In this document: piece by piece, positions 25,864 to 34,415 of the stretch
How positions within the stretch are numbered: position 1 is the first letter of the stretch
Layout of the letters: each line of letters starts with the position of its first letter
IMG/VR virus record: IMGVR_UViG_3300031552_000001
Location: 1 to 64,000 of that record
Length of the DNA: 64,000 nucleotides
Strand: one strand, 5' to 3'
From: a virus
Program-made: the position numbers and the translations under genes
Notes under the pieces: model-generated
What the model saw: the letters and a program-made list of their open reading frames with translations, nothing else
What the model was told of the DNA's origin: nothing
Databases searched by the model: none

Positions 25864-27918
25864 ATGAACGTAGACCAGATATTCAAAAAAGACGGGCCCT
25901 TGTCAAAATATTGGCCCAACTACCTGCCGAGGCCGGGGCAGGTTGCTTTAGCGAAAGCCGTAGAAGGCGCTCTAAAAGATGAACGGCACCTATTGGCTGA
26001 AGGGCCTTGCGGTACCGGAAAGTCTTTGGCCTATGGAATACCCGCAGCTATCAAAGTGCTAACAGATAAAAGCACGGTGGTTATCGCTACTGCGAATATA
26101 GCTCTTCAAGAGCAACTCCTCAAAAAGGACCTGCCTCTCATAGCAAATGTAATGTCAGACATAGAACTAGGAGACTTGAAATTCTTTTCTAGGAAGGGAA
26201 TGGGGAACTATGTATGTCTATATAAGCTAAAAGAGCTAACGCTAAACCCTAAAGAAGCTTGGGCAAAAACTCTTTGGAAGTGGGTAGAGAAGTCTGATGT
26301 GGGAGACAAAGAGGAGCTTCCCGTAGACTATCATGAGCTTTGGCATCACATAGCGGCCAACCAAAATGAGTGTGCCAAAGAGTCCTGTAGGTTCATAGAC
26401 AAGTGCTATGCCTTCCGGGCTAAAGAAGAGATTGAACGATCTGGGCCCTGTATCGTGGTAACCAATTATCATCTTCTTTACGCAGATAGTTTAGTAAAAG
26501 GGGCCACTCAAGGGTACGTAAAGCTCTTACCAGACCACAGTGTAACGATAGCCGATGAGGCCCACGAGATGGCGGATATCGCAAGGTCTTTTCAAGGGTT
26601 CGACATCTCCATGAACAGTTTCATGTGGTTGATAAGGAAACTTGGAAAACTAATAAAAAGACCCGACACCAAAAATTCAGTGGCAGTACTGATGGATACC
26701 GCAAGAGAGTTTTTTGATGATGTGGTTAAATACTACCACTCGCATTCGCCCATCCTAAAGGCCCCTTTAGGCTTTGGACGTGAGTTCCTTACCGCCCTAG
26801 CAAGCACGGCCGACTTAGTAAAGAAAGAATCCTGTACGGAAAAGGATGAAACTAAACAAGCCTTACTAGATTGCTTATTTTCATACATGCACAAGAAGAA
26901 CTCTCAGCTATCTAGTATATGTTTTGGGGGTACCAATACAGGTATTCTACCAGACCTCCTGGATTTGAGTCTTCCTCTCAATGAAGACAACGACGAGGAG
27001 GACGAGAAACTAGAAGAGGGGTCCGTATATTACTTAGAGTATGCTGGAAAGGAGAAGCCGATCCGTCTGTGTAGCCAAGTTATAGAGGTGCAAGATTTTA
27101 TTCGAGACCACATACTCGATTCCAGCACACTGATAGTTACGTCCGCTACGCTATCTACTAACGGCAATTTCGAGTTCATAGCCGAGGAGCTGGGGCTAGA
27201 TCCTGACGAATACGCCTCGCTGATAGCGCCTAGCCCATTCAACGCTAGAAATATGCTTGTCGTAGTGCCCAACAGCTTCCCACCTCCTCAAAATAAGGAC
27301 GACCACATACTGGCCGTATCAAAAACTATAAAGGAAGTGGTAACTGAACTAGGTGGTAGGTCTATGGCACTGTTTACTAGCTATAGATCTTTGGAATATG
27401 CCGCAAAACACCTCGAGTCTACTCTTGTTGGAATAGAGCTTTTAGTCCAAGGAAAGTTGCCTAGAGGAAAGGTAGTCCAGAGACTAAAGGAAAACGAGAA
27501 AAGCCTTATCTTGGCCACTGCGTCCTTTTGGCAAGGCATAGATATACCAGGTCGGTCATTGAGCTGTCTGTTCATAGAAAAATTTCCTTTTGCTCCCCCT
27601 ACGGACCCCGTTGTGTCCTATATGGGAGACCTGTGGTTAAAGAAAACAGGAAATAGCTTTTCTTCCTTCATGAACTATAGTGTACCCAAAGCTGTAATTG
27701 CTCTAAAACAAGGAGTGGGGAGGCTTATACGACAAGAGTCTGACTACGGAGTTGTTGTCTTGTTTGATAACAGGTTGGTTACAAAAAACTACGGTGCGCA
27801 CTTTGAGTGTGCGTTTCCAAACGACCACTTCCGGTCATCGAAGATTTCCTCGATAACTAAGTTCATACAAGAGCAGGATGCGAGGGTACTCCATGAGCGT
27901 GACAGAAAAGAGGAGTGA
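25864..27918 (+). CDS. dinG: DinG/YoaA-family Fe-S ATP-dependent 5'-3' helicase
   Basis: Q-motif RPGQ, Walker A GPCGTGKS, Fe-S Cys cluster, DEAH, TSAT, FWQGID, QGVGRLIR. Confidence 0.93.
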   Translation: MNVDQIFKKDGPLSKYWPNYLPRPGQVALAKAVEGALKDERHLLAEGPCGTGKSLAYGIPAAIKVLTDKSTVVIATANIALQEQLLKKDLPLIANVMSDIELGDLKFFSRKGMGNYVCLYKLKELTLNPKEAWAKTLWKWVEKSDVGDKEELPVDYHELWHHIAANQNECAKESCRFIDKCYAFRAKEEIERSGPCIVVTNYHLLYADSLVKGATQGYVKLLPDHSVTIADEAHEMADIARSFQGFDISMNSFMWLIRKLGKLIKRPDTKNSVAVLMDTAREFFDDVVKYYHSHSPILKAPLGFGREFLTALASTADLVKKESCTEKDETKQALLDCLFSYMHKKNSQLSSICFGGTNTGILPDLLDLSLPLNEDNDEEDEKLEEGSVYYLEYAGKEKPIRLCSQVIEVQDFIRDHILDSSTLIVTSATLSTNGNFEFIAEELGLDPDEYASLIAPSPFNARNMLVVVPNSFPPPQNKDDHILAVSKTIKEVVTELGGRSMALFTSYRSLEYAAKHLESTLVGIELLVQGKLPRGKVVQRLKENEKSLILATASFWQGIDIPGRSLSCLFIEKFPFAPPTDPVVSYMGDLWLKKTGNSFSSFMNYSVPKAVIALKQGVGRLIRQESDYGVVVLFDNRLVTKNYGAHFECAFPNDHFRSSKISSITKFIQEQDARVLHERDRKEE

Positions 27919-28093
27919 AACGGAAGTTATTTTGTTTCACCTTACTAGTGTAATAGGGTTATGCCAGACGCCAAGAGAACATTGGACACCAGAAGACACC
28001 TTGGCGCTCAGAAGGGCCCAGTCTTTCGTTCAAAAAATCAGAGGGGAACTCAGTGAAAGCAGAAACTCGAAAGAGAATTCAACAGTTGCTTGA
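27893..28093 (+). CDS. hypothetical protein
   Basis: 66-aa ORF overlapping the helicase end. Confidence 0.35.
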   Translation: MSVTEKRSETEVILFHLTSVIGLCQTPREHWTPEDTLALRRAQSFVQKIRGELSESRNSKENSTVA

Positions 28094-28247
28094 CTCTCTG
28101 CCAAAAGGAAGAAAATTCAGTAAGCTGAAGAGCGAATTTCAAAGAAAAGGGTTCTTATCAAAAAGAGAAATCAGGGAACTTTACGGACTAAAAGCAGGTA
28201 CGCTTACCCCTGACATCCACTCTGAAAAATAACAAAGGAGAATCAAC

Positions 28248-28892
28248 GTGAGTCTGTTTATAGCAATAGAGGGTATAGACTGTTCGGGTAAGAAAGTTCA
28301 AAGCGAATTGCTAGCTGCCGCGTTAGGTGCAGAGCTGTTCTCTTTTCCTGACTACTCTACAGAAAGCGGCAAAGTGCTGCGGTCTTACCTCGATAGAAAA
28401 TGGCATGTATGCGACCCGCAAAATGAGCTAAATTCCTACGTAGAAACATTCGCCTACCAGTCATTTCAAACTCTTAACAGGCTGGAAAAAGTTCCTGCCA
28501 TACAAAAGGCATTAAAGTACGGAGATGTGGTAGCTGACAGGTGGACCAAGAGCGGGGAGGTGTACGGACCTGTCTTTGGATTAGACAAGCAGTATATTCA
28601 TGATGTTCAAGTCACTTTGCCTCGTCCACATCTAAACATTCTACTAGATATAGACTGGGAAACTTCTGTAAAAAGAAAGCCAAAGAAAAGAGACGTGTAC
28701 GAAGCTTCCGAAGCGCTAATGCGGGCTGCATCTAACCAGTACAAGAAAGAATGGGAAGGGCACACTTGGCATGGGGTTACAGCTACAGATTGGCAGGTGA
28801 TCGACGGCAATAAATCTATAGACGAAGTTCATCGAGAAATTCTTCTATTGGTAAAAAATAGACTAGAATTCATGCGAACTTACGGAAAGTGA
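28248..28892 (+). CDS. tmk: thymidylate kinase
   Basis: FIAIEGIDCSGK P-loop, SFP, VVADRW, LPRP...ILLDID, IDGNKSIDEV. Confidence 0.88.
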   Translation: MSLFIAIEGIDCSGKKVQSELLAAALGAELFSFPDYSTESGKVLRSYLDRKWHVCDPQNELNSYVETFAYQSFQTLNRLEKVPAIQKALKYGDVVADRWTKSGEVYGPVFGLDKQYIHDVQVTLPRPHLNILLDIDWETSVKRKPKKRDVYEASEALMRAASNQYKKEWEGHTWHGVTATDWQVIDGNKSIDEVHREILLLVKNRLEFMRTYGK

Positions 28893-28916
28893 GTACGCTT
28901 CAAGGAAGGGGTAGAC

Positions 28917-29420
28917 ATGACTCTTATAATCTGGTGCGTTCTTTTGAATTGGTCTCCGTTCTTGCTGTTTTGGATTTATCCAGTAGGGATGATGTTAGTT
29001 TTTAAAGACTTCAAGTTTACCGGGTTTGAAGGCCCCTTTGCTAAATTCGAGTTAGTGAAAGAGGGAGTGGAACCCTGGCATCAGAAACTATGGAAAGATT
29101 GGGCAGGAGTGGGGTTGCCGGGGTTCCTTTGTTATAAAGTACCGCTCTTTAAACTAAAAGATTCAGACTGCAGACTCGCGTGGATAGTAAGAACAGTTAA
29201 GCATGAGAAGGTTCATTGCCGGCAATGGTTAGCGCTGGGCCTCCTGTTTCCAGTTTCCTACTACATACACGCGCTTTTCATACTTCTATTCAAAAAAGAT
29301 AAACACGCCTACTTGGACTGTTGGGCAGAAAGGGCGGCAAGAGAATATGCGGAGCAGAAGGTCGACATTCCCAAAGAAGAGTGGCCGCAAGGGCCAACGG
29401 ACAGGTGGCCTTGGTGGTAA
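28917..29420 (+). CDS. membrane-associated HExxH zincin-like protein
   Basis: VKHEKVHCRQW, hydrophobic segments, WAERAA. Confidence 0.55.
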   Translation: MTLIIWCVLLNWSPFLLFWIYPVGMMLVFKDFKFTGFEGPFAKFELVKEGVEPWHQKLWKDWAGVGLPGFLCYKVPLFKLKDSDCRLAWIVRTVKHEKVHCRQWLALGLLFPVSYYIHALFILLFKKDKHAYLDCWAERAAREYAEQKVDIPKEEWPQGPTDRWPWW

Positions 29421-29620
29421 CCTTACAAAAGTACCTAAAAACTAGGCCGCCGTTGCGACCAGCGCTTGTTATGGCAGAAGAATTTGTACTTAAACGCCTC
29501 CGTTTAATGCCCTATTGTGCGGGTGAAAAAGAACCCTCCGTATTCGGTATAAAAGTAGTGAAAGGTCTTTTGCTCTTGACTTCCTGATAGACAAGAGTAA
29601 TTTCACTTTCATTAGGTAAT

Positions 29621-29754
29621 GGGGCTGTTGACCAATGGTTAGGTCACTTTCCAGTCAAGAAAGAGCAAACACCGTTCGGTCCCTCGGTTCTTTTTAAGAA
29701 CCAACACAGCTAGAACAAACAAGCAATATGCAGGTTCGAATCCTGTCAGCCCCT
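29621..29754 (+). ncRNA. tRNA-like RNA 1 with ~65-nt insert between anticodon-like arm and T arm
   Basis: Acceptor GGGGCTG/CAGCCCC, D arm with GG, stem CTTTC-CAGTCAA-GAAAG, T arm GCAGG-TTCGAAT-CCTGT. Confidence 0.75.
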
Positions 29755-29783
29755 CCTTACCTAGTTTTGATCTCTGAATTTTT

Positions 29784-29919
29784 GGGGGTGTAGCCGAATT
29801 GGAATAGGCGCTTTCACAAGGGAGAAAGAAATGCACACCGTTCGGTTACTCGGCCTTCTACCGAAAGCCAACATACACGAACAAACAAGCACATGGAGGT
29901 TCGAATCCTCCCGCCCCCG
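29784..29919 (+). ncRNA. tRNA-like RNA 2 with conserved insert
   Basis: Acceptor GGGGGTG/CGCCCCC, TAGCCGAATTGGAATAGGC, CTTTC-ACAAGGGA-GAAAG, GGAGG-TTCGAAT-CCTCC. Confidence 0.75.
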
Positions 29920-29957
29920 CATTTTACGTAGTTTGCTTTATCAGTAGTAAGAATTAC

Positions 29958-30094
29958 GCCCCTGTAGCCAAAATGGTAAAGGCACTTGAAATTCTAATCA
30001 AGACAAAGACCCCGTTCTGGCACTCAGCTTTTTAAGAAGCTAACCGCAAGGAACAAACAAGCGTATGGAGGTTCGAATCCTTCCAGGGGCGCCA
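29958..30094 (+). ncRNA. tRNA-like RNA 3 with conserved insert and encoded CCA
   Basis: Acceptor GCCCCTG/CAGGGGC then GCCA, TAGCCAAAATGGTAAAGGC, CTTGA-AATTCTAA-TCAAG, GGAGG-TTCGAAT-CCTTC. Confidence 0.78.
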
Positions 30095-30098
30095 CTTT

Positions 30099-30221
30099 GG
30101 GGGAAGACTGGGCACGGTGCCCACCAGGTATGGGACTTGGACTCCGTTCTAAACCTCGGCTTCTTTAGAGAAGCCAACTAGTAGAACATACATGCAATCG
30201 GTTCGACTCCGACTCCCCCCA
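30099..30221 (+). ncRNA. tRNA-like RNA 4 with conserved insert and long D-stem
   Basis: GGGGGA/TCCCCC, TGGGCA-CGG-TGCCCA, insert CCGTTC...CTCGGCTTC...GAAGCCAAC...GAAC, TCGG-TTCGACT-CCGA. Confidence 0.65.
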
Positions 30222-30320
30222 CCTCTTCGATGTTTGGGTGCGCAACAAGAGGCGCTCACACGCAAATTTTTTAATTTGCTCCACCCACAAGCTTCTCTCC
30301 TCGCGCACCCGTCTCAAGAC

Positions 30321-30354
30321 GGCCTGAGTAAGCGTACCTCCGCTTACTCAGGCC
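30321..30354 (+). promoter_or_regulatory. 14-bp perfect hairpin between the tRNA-like array and the TROVE-like gene
   Basis: GGCCTGAGTAAGCG-TACCTC-CGCTTACTCAGGCC. Confidence 0.55.
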
Positions 30355-30434
30355 ATTCTACTTTCGACCTTCTTTAACTCAGACTTTTATCGTGGTAATA
30401 CGTGCCTCAATTTTTCTTTCACATGGAGACCAGC

Positions 30435-32321
30435 ATGGACCAACAGCAAACCCAAACAAGAACAGAAGCACTCGGTCCCGCCGAGAGGGTGATTCAGTCC
30501 CTCCTTCAGTACTCTGACCATATTTACCACGGCCGGCCAGGTTGTGTTCGTAAAAATGAGTCAGAGCCGGCAGGAGTAAAATGGGGGCCTGTTATCTGGA
30601 AAGAGGAGGGCGGAGAAAAGGTTGTATACGAGACTGTAAAAGTAGGAAGGCGGTCTGAGAGGAAAAAAATAGGAGTCCTCAAACCCGACCTCAAAATAAA
30701 AGACGGCCGAAGGGTAATAGGGGAATATAGAAAACCTGGGCTGTACAAAGAGCTAGCGGCGCACTGTTACGAGAAAATAGCTGAAGTATGGAAACTGGAC
30801 AATGAGTTTGCGGCCAGGTGGGCAAGCTGGGCGTTTACCCAAGAACACAGGGACTTAAAGGTGTTGCTTTGCGCTTTTATGCTCGTTCAAAGCCGTAAGG
30901 GAGATCCTGTCATCGAGGATGGAAAAATCCTATTCAAGGATGAGGATTACAGAGATGTCGGCGAGGCTATGTGTCTAACTCGCGCCAAGTTGGATTTAAA
31001 CCCAAAGCTGCTACTGAGAGTAGGCGAAGTGCTGGCTCTCGAAGACATCGCTAAAATCAACCGGAAAATGGGTTTCAATGTATCGGCACGAAAACCTGTA
31101 CTGGGTCGGTATTACAAAGTAGTCACAAAGTGGCTGAAGTACCGAGAAGAGAACATCCCTCTGTTACAAGGGCTAGTAAAAGCAGGATTTAGAACTACTG
31201 TAATGCGGCTTTCCCGAAAAGTCGGTTACAAGCCATCTTCCCCCTCGTTCTTTGAACTCTTGAAGTGGAGGCAAGTTCAGGCCAAAGACGGGCGCAGAAC
31301 TATAGCAATAGGTCAAAAGTTTGAGTCCGAGTCCTGGAAGGGCTTAAAAGAGGAACAAATTTGCGAGATAATCGTTTCAGAAAAACCCAACTGGAAAAGA
31401 TTAGTGGGCATGCTTCCTGTTGAAGTAGGGGTTACTCAAGCTATTGTTACTGCCGCGGTGGAGGCGGGCTGTCTTTCCAATCAGGACTTAATTATCCTTA
31501 CTCCTACCCTTGAGGAGCTAGGGTTACTGAAGGTTCCTGCTGTTCACGATAGGTGGAAGGAGGCAGTTAACAACGCGGAGAACCAAAGAGCTTCCAACAT
31601 TGCGAAAAACGTAAGAACGAAAGAAGCTAAAGACGGGCTGCAGGAGGCTTCTGATAGGGCCGCTGAGAAGGTTTTTAAAGAAGCAACCAAAGATCTAAGA
31701 GTCTACTGTATCGTCGATAAGTCAGGCTCCATGGATGGCGCTCTGGAAAGGGCGCAAGAATACCTCACCCGATTCCTCGGCGGGTTTCCACTAGACAGAC
31801 TTCATGTTTCTGTCTTCACCACAATGGGAACGGAAATACACATTCGTAGTGCAAAAGCTGCCGCAGTTAAACAAGCCTTTGCCGGTCATTCAGCAGGAGG
31901 AGGTACTTGCTACGCTGCAGGTGTGAAGGCTTTAAGTCACCATAAGCCATTAGACAATGAGGACACCTTAATGCTGTTTGTAGGTGATGAAGAAGACTCT
32001 GGGGTGAGCAATTTAGTGAATGAAATTAAAAAGTCGGGTATTCGCCCTTCGGCTTTTGGCCTTTTAAAAGTAGCAGGGTATGGCTTCGCAGGAGGAGGAG
32101 GAAATATAGTAACTCAAGCTGCTCGGCTACTGGACATTCCGTGCTTTCCCATACAAGAGGGTATGTTTACTTCAAACGACCCATATGCGGTCACTCGAAT
32201 TTTGAGGAACCTCATCGCTTCTACTCCAGTAGGTGCGAAAAGTACTCGAGTCTCGTCTAGGAAATCTCTCATAGAGGAGATTCTAGCCACCAAGCTGCTA
32301 AAAAAACCTGTTTGGGCATAG
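30435..32321 (+). CDS. divergent TROVE/Ro60-like helical domain plus C-terminal vWA domain
   Basis: vWA MIDAS IVDKSGSM, GGTCY, FVGDEE; helical N-terminus with TROVE-like DNEFAARWASWA and VMRLSRKVGYKP. Confidence 0.65.
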   Translation: MDQQQTQTRTEALGPAERVIQSLLQYSDHIYHGRPGCVRKNESEPAGVKWGPVIWKEEGGEKVVYETVKVGRRSERKKIGVLKPDLKIKDGRRVIGEYRKPGLYKELAAHCYEKIAEVWKLDNEFAARWASWAFTQEHRDLKVLLCAFMLVQSRKGDPVIEDGKILFKDEDYRDVGEAMCLTRAKLDLNPKLLLRVGEVLALEDIAKINRKMGFNVSARKPVLGRYYKVVTKWLKYREENIPLLQGLVKAGFRTTVMRLSRKVGYKPSSPSFFELLKWRQVQAKDGRRTIAIGQKFESESWKGLKEEQICEIIVSEKPNWKRLVGMLPVEVGVTQAIVTAAVEAGCLSNQDLIILTPTLEELGLLKVPAVHDRWKEAVNNAENQRASNIAKNVRTKEAKDGLQEASDRAAEKVFKEATKDLRVYCIVDKSGSMDGALERAQEYLTRFLGGFPLDRLHVSVFTTMGTEIHIRSAKAAAVKQAFAGHSAGGGTCYAAGVKALSHHKPLDNEDTLMLFVGDEEDSGVSNLVNEIKKSGIRPSAFGLLKVAGYGFAGGGGNIVTQAARLLDIPCFPIQEGMFTSNDPYAVTRILRNLIASTPVGAKSTRVSSRKSLIEEILATKLLKKPVWA

Positions 32322-32334
32322 ATAAGTTCTATTC

Positions 32335-32369
32335 ATACAGCGGGTTATCTTTAAAGATGCCCGCTGTAT
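32335..32369 (+). terminator. intrinsic terminator-like hairpin
   Basis: ATACAGCGGG...CCCGCTGTAT then TTC. Confidence 0.55.
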
Positions 32370-32399
32370 TTCAATTTGACCCTGTGGGAGGGTTCGACA

Positions 32400-33350
32400 A
32401 TGTCGTGGAAAGAGCTGTTGTCAAAGACAAAGCAAGAGGTTTTACCTTGGTTTGGTTTGTCAACAATCCATAATGCCTATCGGTCGTGGACTCTAGTTGG
32501 AGATAGTCCGCTTGAGCATGGGTGGTACAAATTCGATGTTACGGCAGGCCGAGCTGCTACTTTGGCAAGTCCAGAACCCCAACCAGGTAATCTGGAGTGG
32601 GCAGACGGCCAACAGAAGATAAAAGGATATGTTGTAGGGGGTAGATTTATACCCGACGGCCGCCGCGTTATAACAGACCCCTCAAAACTGGTACAACAGA
32701 CACAGCCTCTCTACTGTATAGAACCGGGGCTAGAAAGGTTCGCTAGGGCAACTGCCGTTCTGGACAGGCATACCTACCTAGTTTTCATGCAGCAGGAGTT
32801 TCCGGAGGCTGCCGATGAAGAAGTAACGATAGCCTACCGAGAGCGCAGATCTTCTTTAAAAGGAATTAAAGGAGTAACTCCTGCTCTCGACCTCGCCTTT
32901 AGATGGATGACGCATCAACGGAATGTTGTCGAAGAACGTAGGCGCCAACTCGAGCTCTTACGAGAGGAGGAAGAAAAGAAGATAGCTGAAGCTGAAAGGT
33001 ACCAAAAGCTACTAAAAGAATCCGGAAGCGCCGTAGGCAGAAGAGCGATTGCGGAGCAGGATTTTGAGACTGCGGCAAGGGAGGCGTTGAATATCTCAGG
33101 TGCTACGCTTCTGGACGCTAGACCATCTAAAAACAGAGGGGAAATGGTAGTTCAGTACAGATTCGACCACAGGGGTTTGGAGTGCGTAGTGGACGCAAAA
33201 ACCCTTAGAGTGATTGACGCTGGAATCTGTCTTACTGACGAATACACGGGCGAAAAGGGAGATGCCCGTTTCACTCTTGAGTCTCTACCCGGAGTGGTCC
33301 GGGAAGCCATTCGAGCTGGTTCGCTGGTGGTATGGAGGCATGCAGATTGA
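32400..33350 (+). CDS. hypothetical protein of the vWA/ubiquitin-like cluster
   Basis: GGAGGG SD; central coiled coil; C-terminal DAGICL motif. Confidence 0.7.
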   Translation: MSWKELLSKTKQEVLPWFGLSTIHNAYRSWTLVGDSPLEHGWYKFDVTAGRAATLASPEPQPGNLEWADGQQKIKGYVVGGRFIPDGRRVITDPSKLVQQTQPLYCIEPGLERFARATAVLDRHTYLVFMQQEFPEAADEEVTIAYRERRSSLKGIKGVTPALDLAFRWMTHQRNVVEERRRQLELLREEEEKKIAEAERYQKLLKESGSAVGRRAIAEQDFETAAREALNISGATLLDARPSKNRGEMVVQYRFDHRGLECVVDAKTLRVIDAGICLTDEYTGEKGDARFTLESLPGVVREAIRAGSLVVWRHAD

Positions 33351-34371
33351 GGCAACGACCGTGCTGACAGAGAAAGAAAGAATACTAAAGTCTACAAGGC
33401 CTGAAGAGTTGTTTCCTGGCAACCTAGAAACGGCCAAAGACGAGTACAAGAAGTTAGCCAGAAAGTGGCATCCAGACTTTCAAAACGGAAGCACTTCCGT
33501 AATGTCTCACATAAATAAGCTGTATGACGAGGCAGTACTTCTCATCCAGGCTGGTAAATGGCCAAAGAGGGGCATCTTACGGCTCAATAAAGAGATCGCA
33601 GGGACTATTTCCTTTCGGTTTCTTGCAAGTAGGCCCTTTAGCTTAGGTCACCTATATTTAGGGGAAACTCACCTCTCATATCTTGTAGAAAAAAAGCATT
33701 TACGGTTCGCCGAACGGTCACTTTCTGCGACTGAAAGTTTTCGATATGCCAACCACAAGATGGAGTCAGAGATCTCTAAATACCTGCCTAATAACGTAAC
33801 TCCTTATCTACTAAAAGACAGTCGATGCTTGATAAAAATACCAAAAGTGAAAGAAATGCTATGCCTTAGAGACGTTCTTTCCTTTTACGGAAAACGCCTA
33901 AAGATGGAAGAAGTCGCTTGGATAGGAAGCGGCATGCACAACATTGCATGCTACCTATATTGGGCTGGGATTGTGCATTCCAACTTCTCTTTGGACTCGG
34001 TTTTTATCAACCCATCTACTCATGACGTTGCTCTCCTTGGGGAGTGGTGGTTTGCCTCAAGGCGAGGCGAAAGGCTAAGACACTTGCCTGCTAGAACTGT
34101 GCATTTTCTTCCGTGGGAAGTGCAGGTCCGTAAGGAAGCGACCTACCTCATAGATCTAGAGACCATAAGAGCTACTCTCAGAGAATTAATGGGAGACATC
34201 ACAGGTAAAGACATCGAGTGCAACCCCTTATCGGAATGGGCGCAGACTCCTGCCACTAAAAAGCCCAATAAAGAATACGCTAATTGGCATAGTGCCATCA
34301 AAAAAACCTTCGGGAGACGAAGGTTTGTAAAAATGGCTCTCAATTCGGAAACTTTATATTCGAGTAAGTAG
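33340..34371 (+). CDS. J-domain (HPD) fused to a degenerate protein-kinase-like domain
   Basis: AKDEYKKLARKWHPD; IVHSNFSLDSVFI...VALLGEWWF resembles kinase subdomains VIb-VII without catalytic Asp residues. Confidence 0.7.
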   Translation: MQIEATTVLTEKERILKSTRPEELFPGNLETAKDEYKKLARKWHPDFQNGSTSVMSHINKLYDEAVLLIQAGKWPKRGILRLNKEIAGTISFRFLASRPFSLGHLYLGETHLSYLVEKKHLRFAERSLSATESFRYANHKMESEISKYLPNNVTPYLLKDSRCLIKIPKVKEMLCLRDVLSFYGKRLKMEEVAWIGSGMHNIACYLYWAGIVHSNFSLDSVFINPSTHDVALLGEWWFASRRGERLRHLPARTVHFLPWEVQVRKEATYLIDLETIRATLRELMGDITGKDIECNPLSEWAQTPATKKPNKEYANWHSAIKKTFGRRRFVKMALNSETLYSSK

Positions 34372-34415
34372 TAAACGTCCCCTCTAACAGGAGCAAGGCT
34401 CTAAAGGAAAAGAAC

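Noticed and set aside
29621-30221. Ordinary functional tRNA genes (Asp, Lys, Arg, amber suppressor)
   Set aside because: Loops at the anticodon position lack U33 or have 8 nt, and the ~65-nt insert has neither group I intron size nor an evident bulge-helix-bulge.
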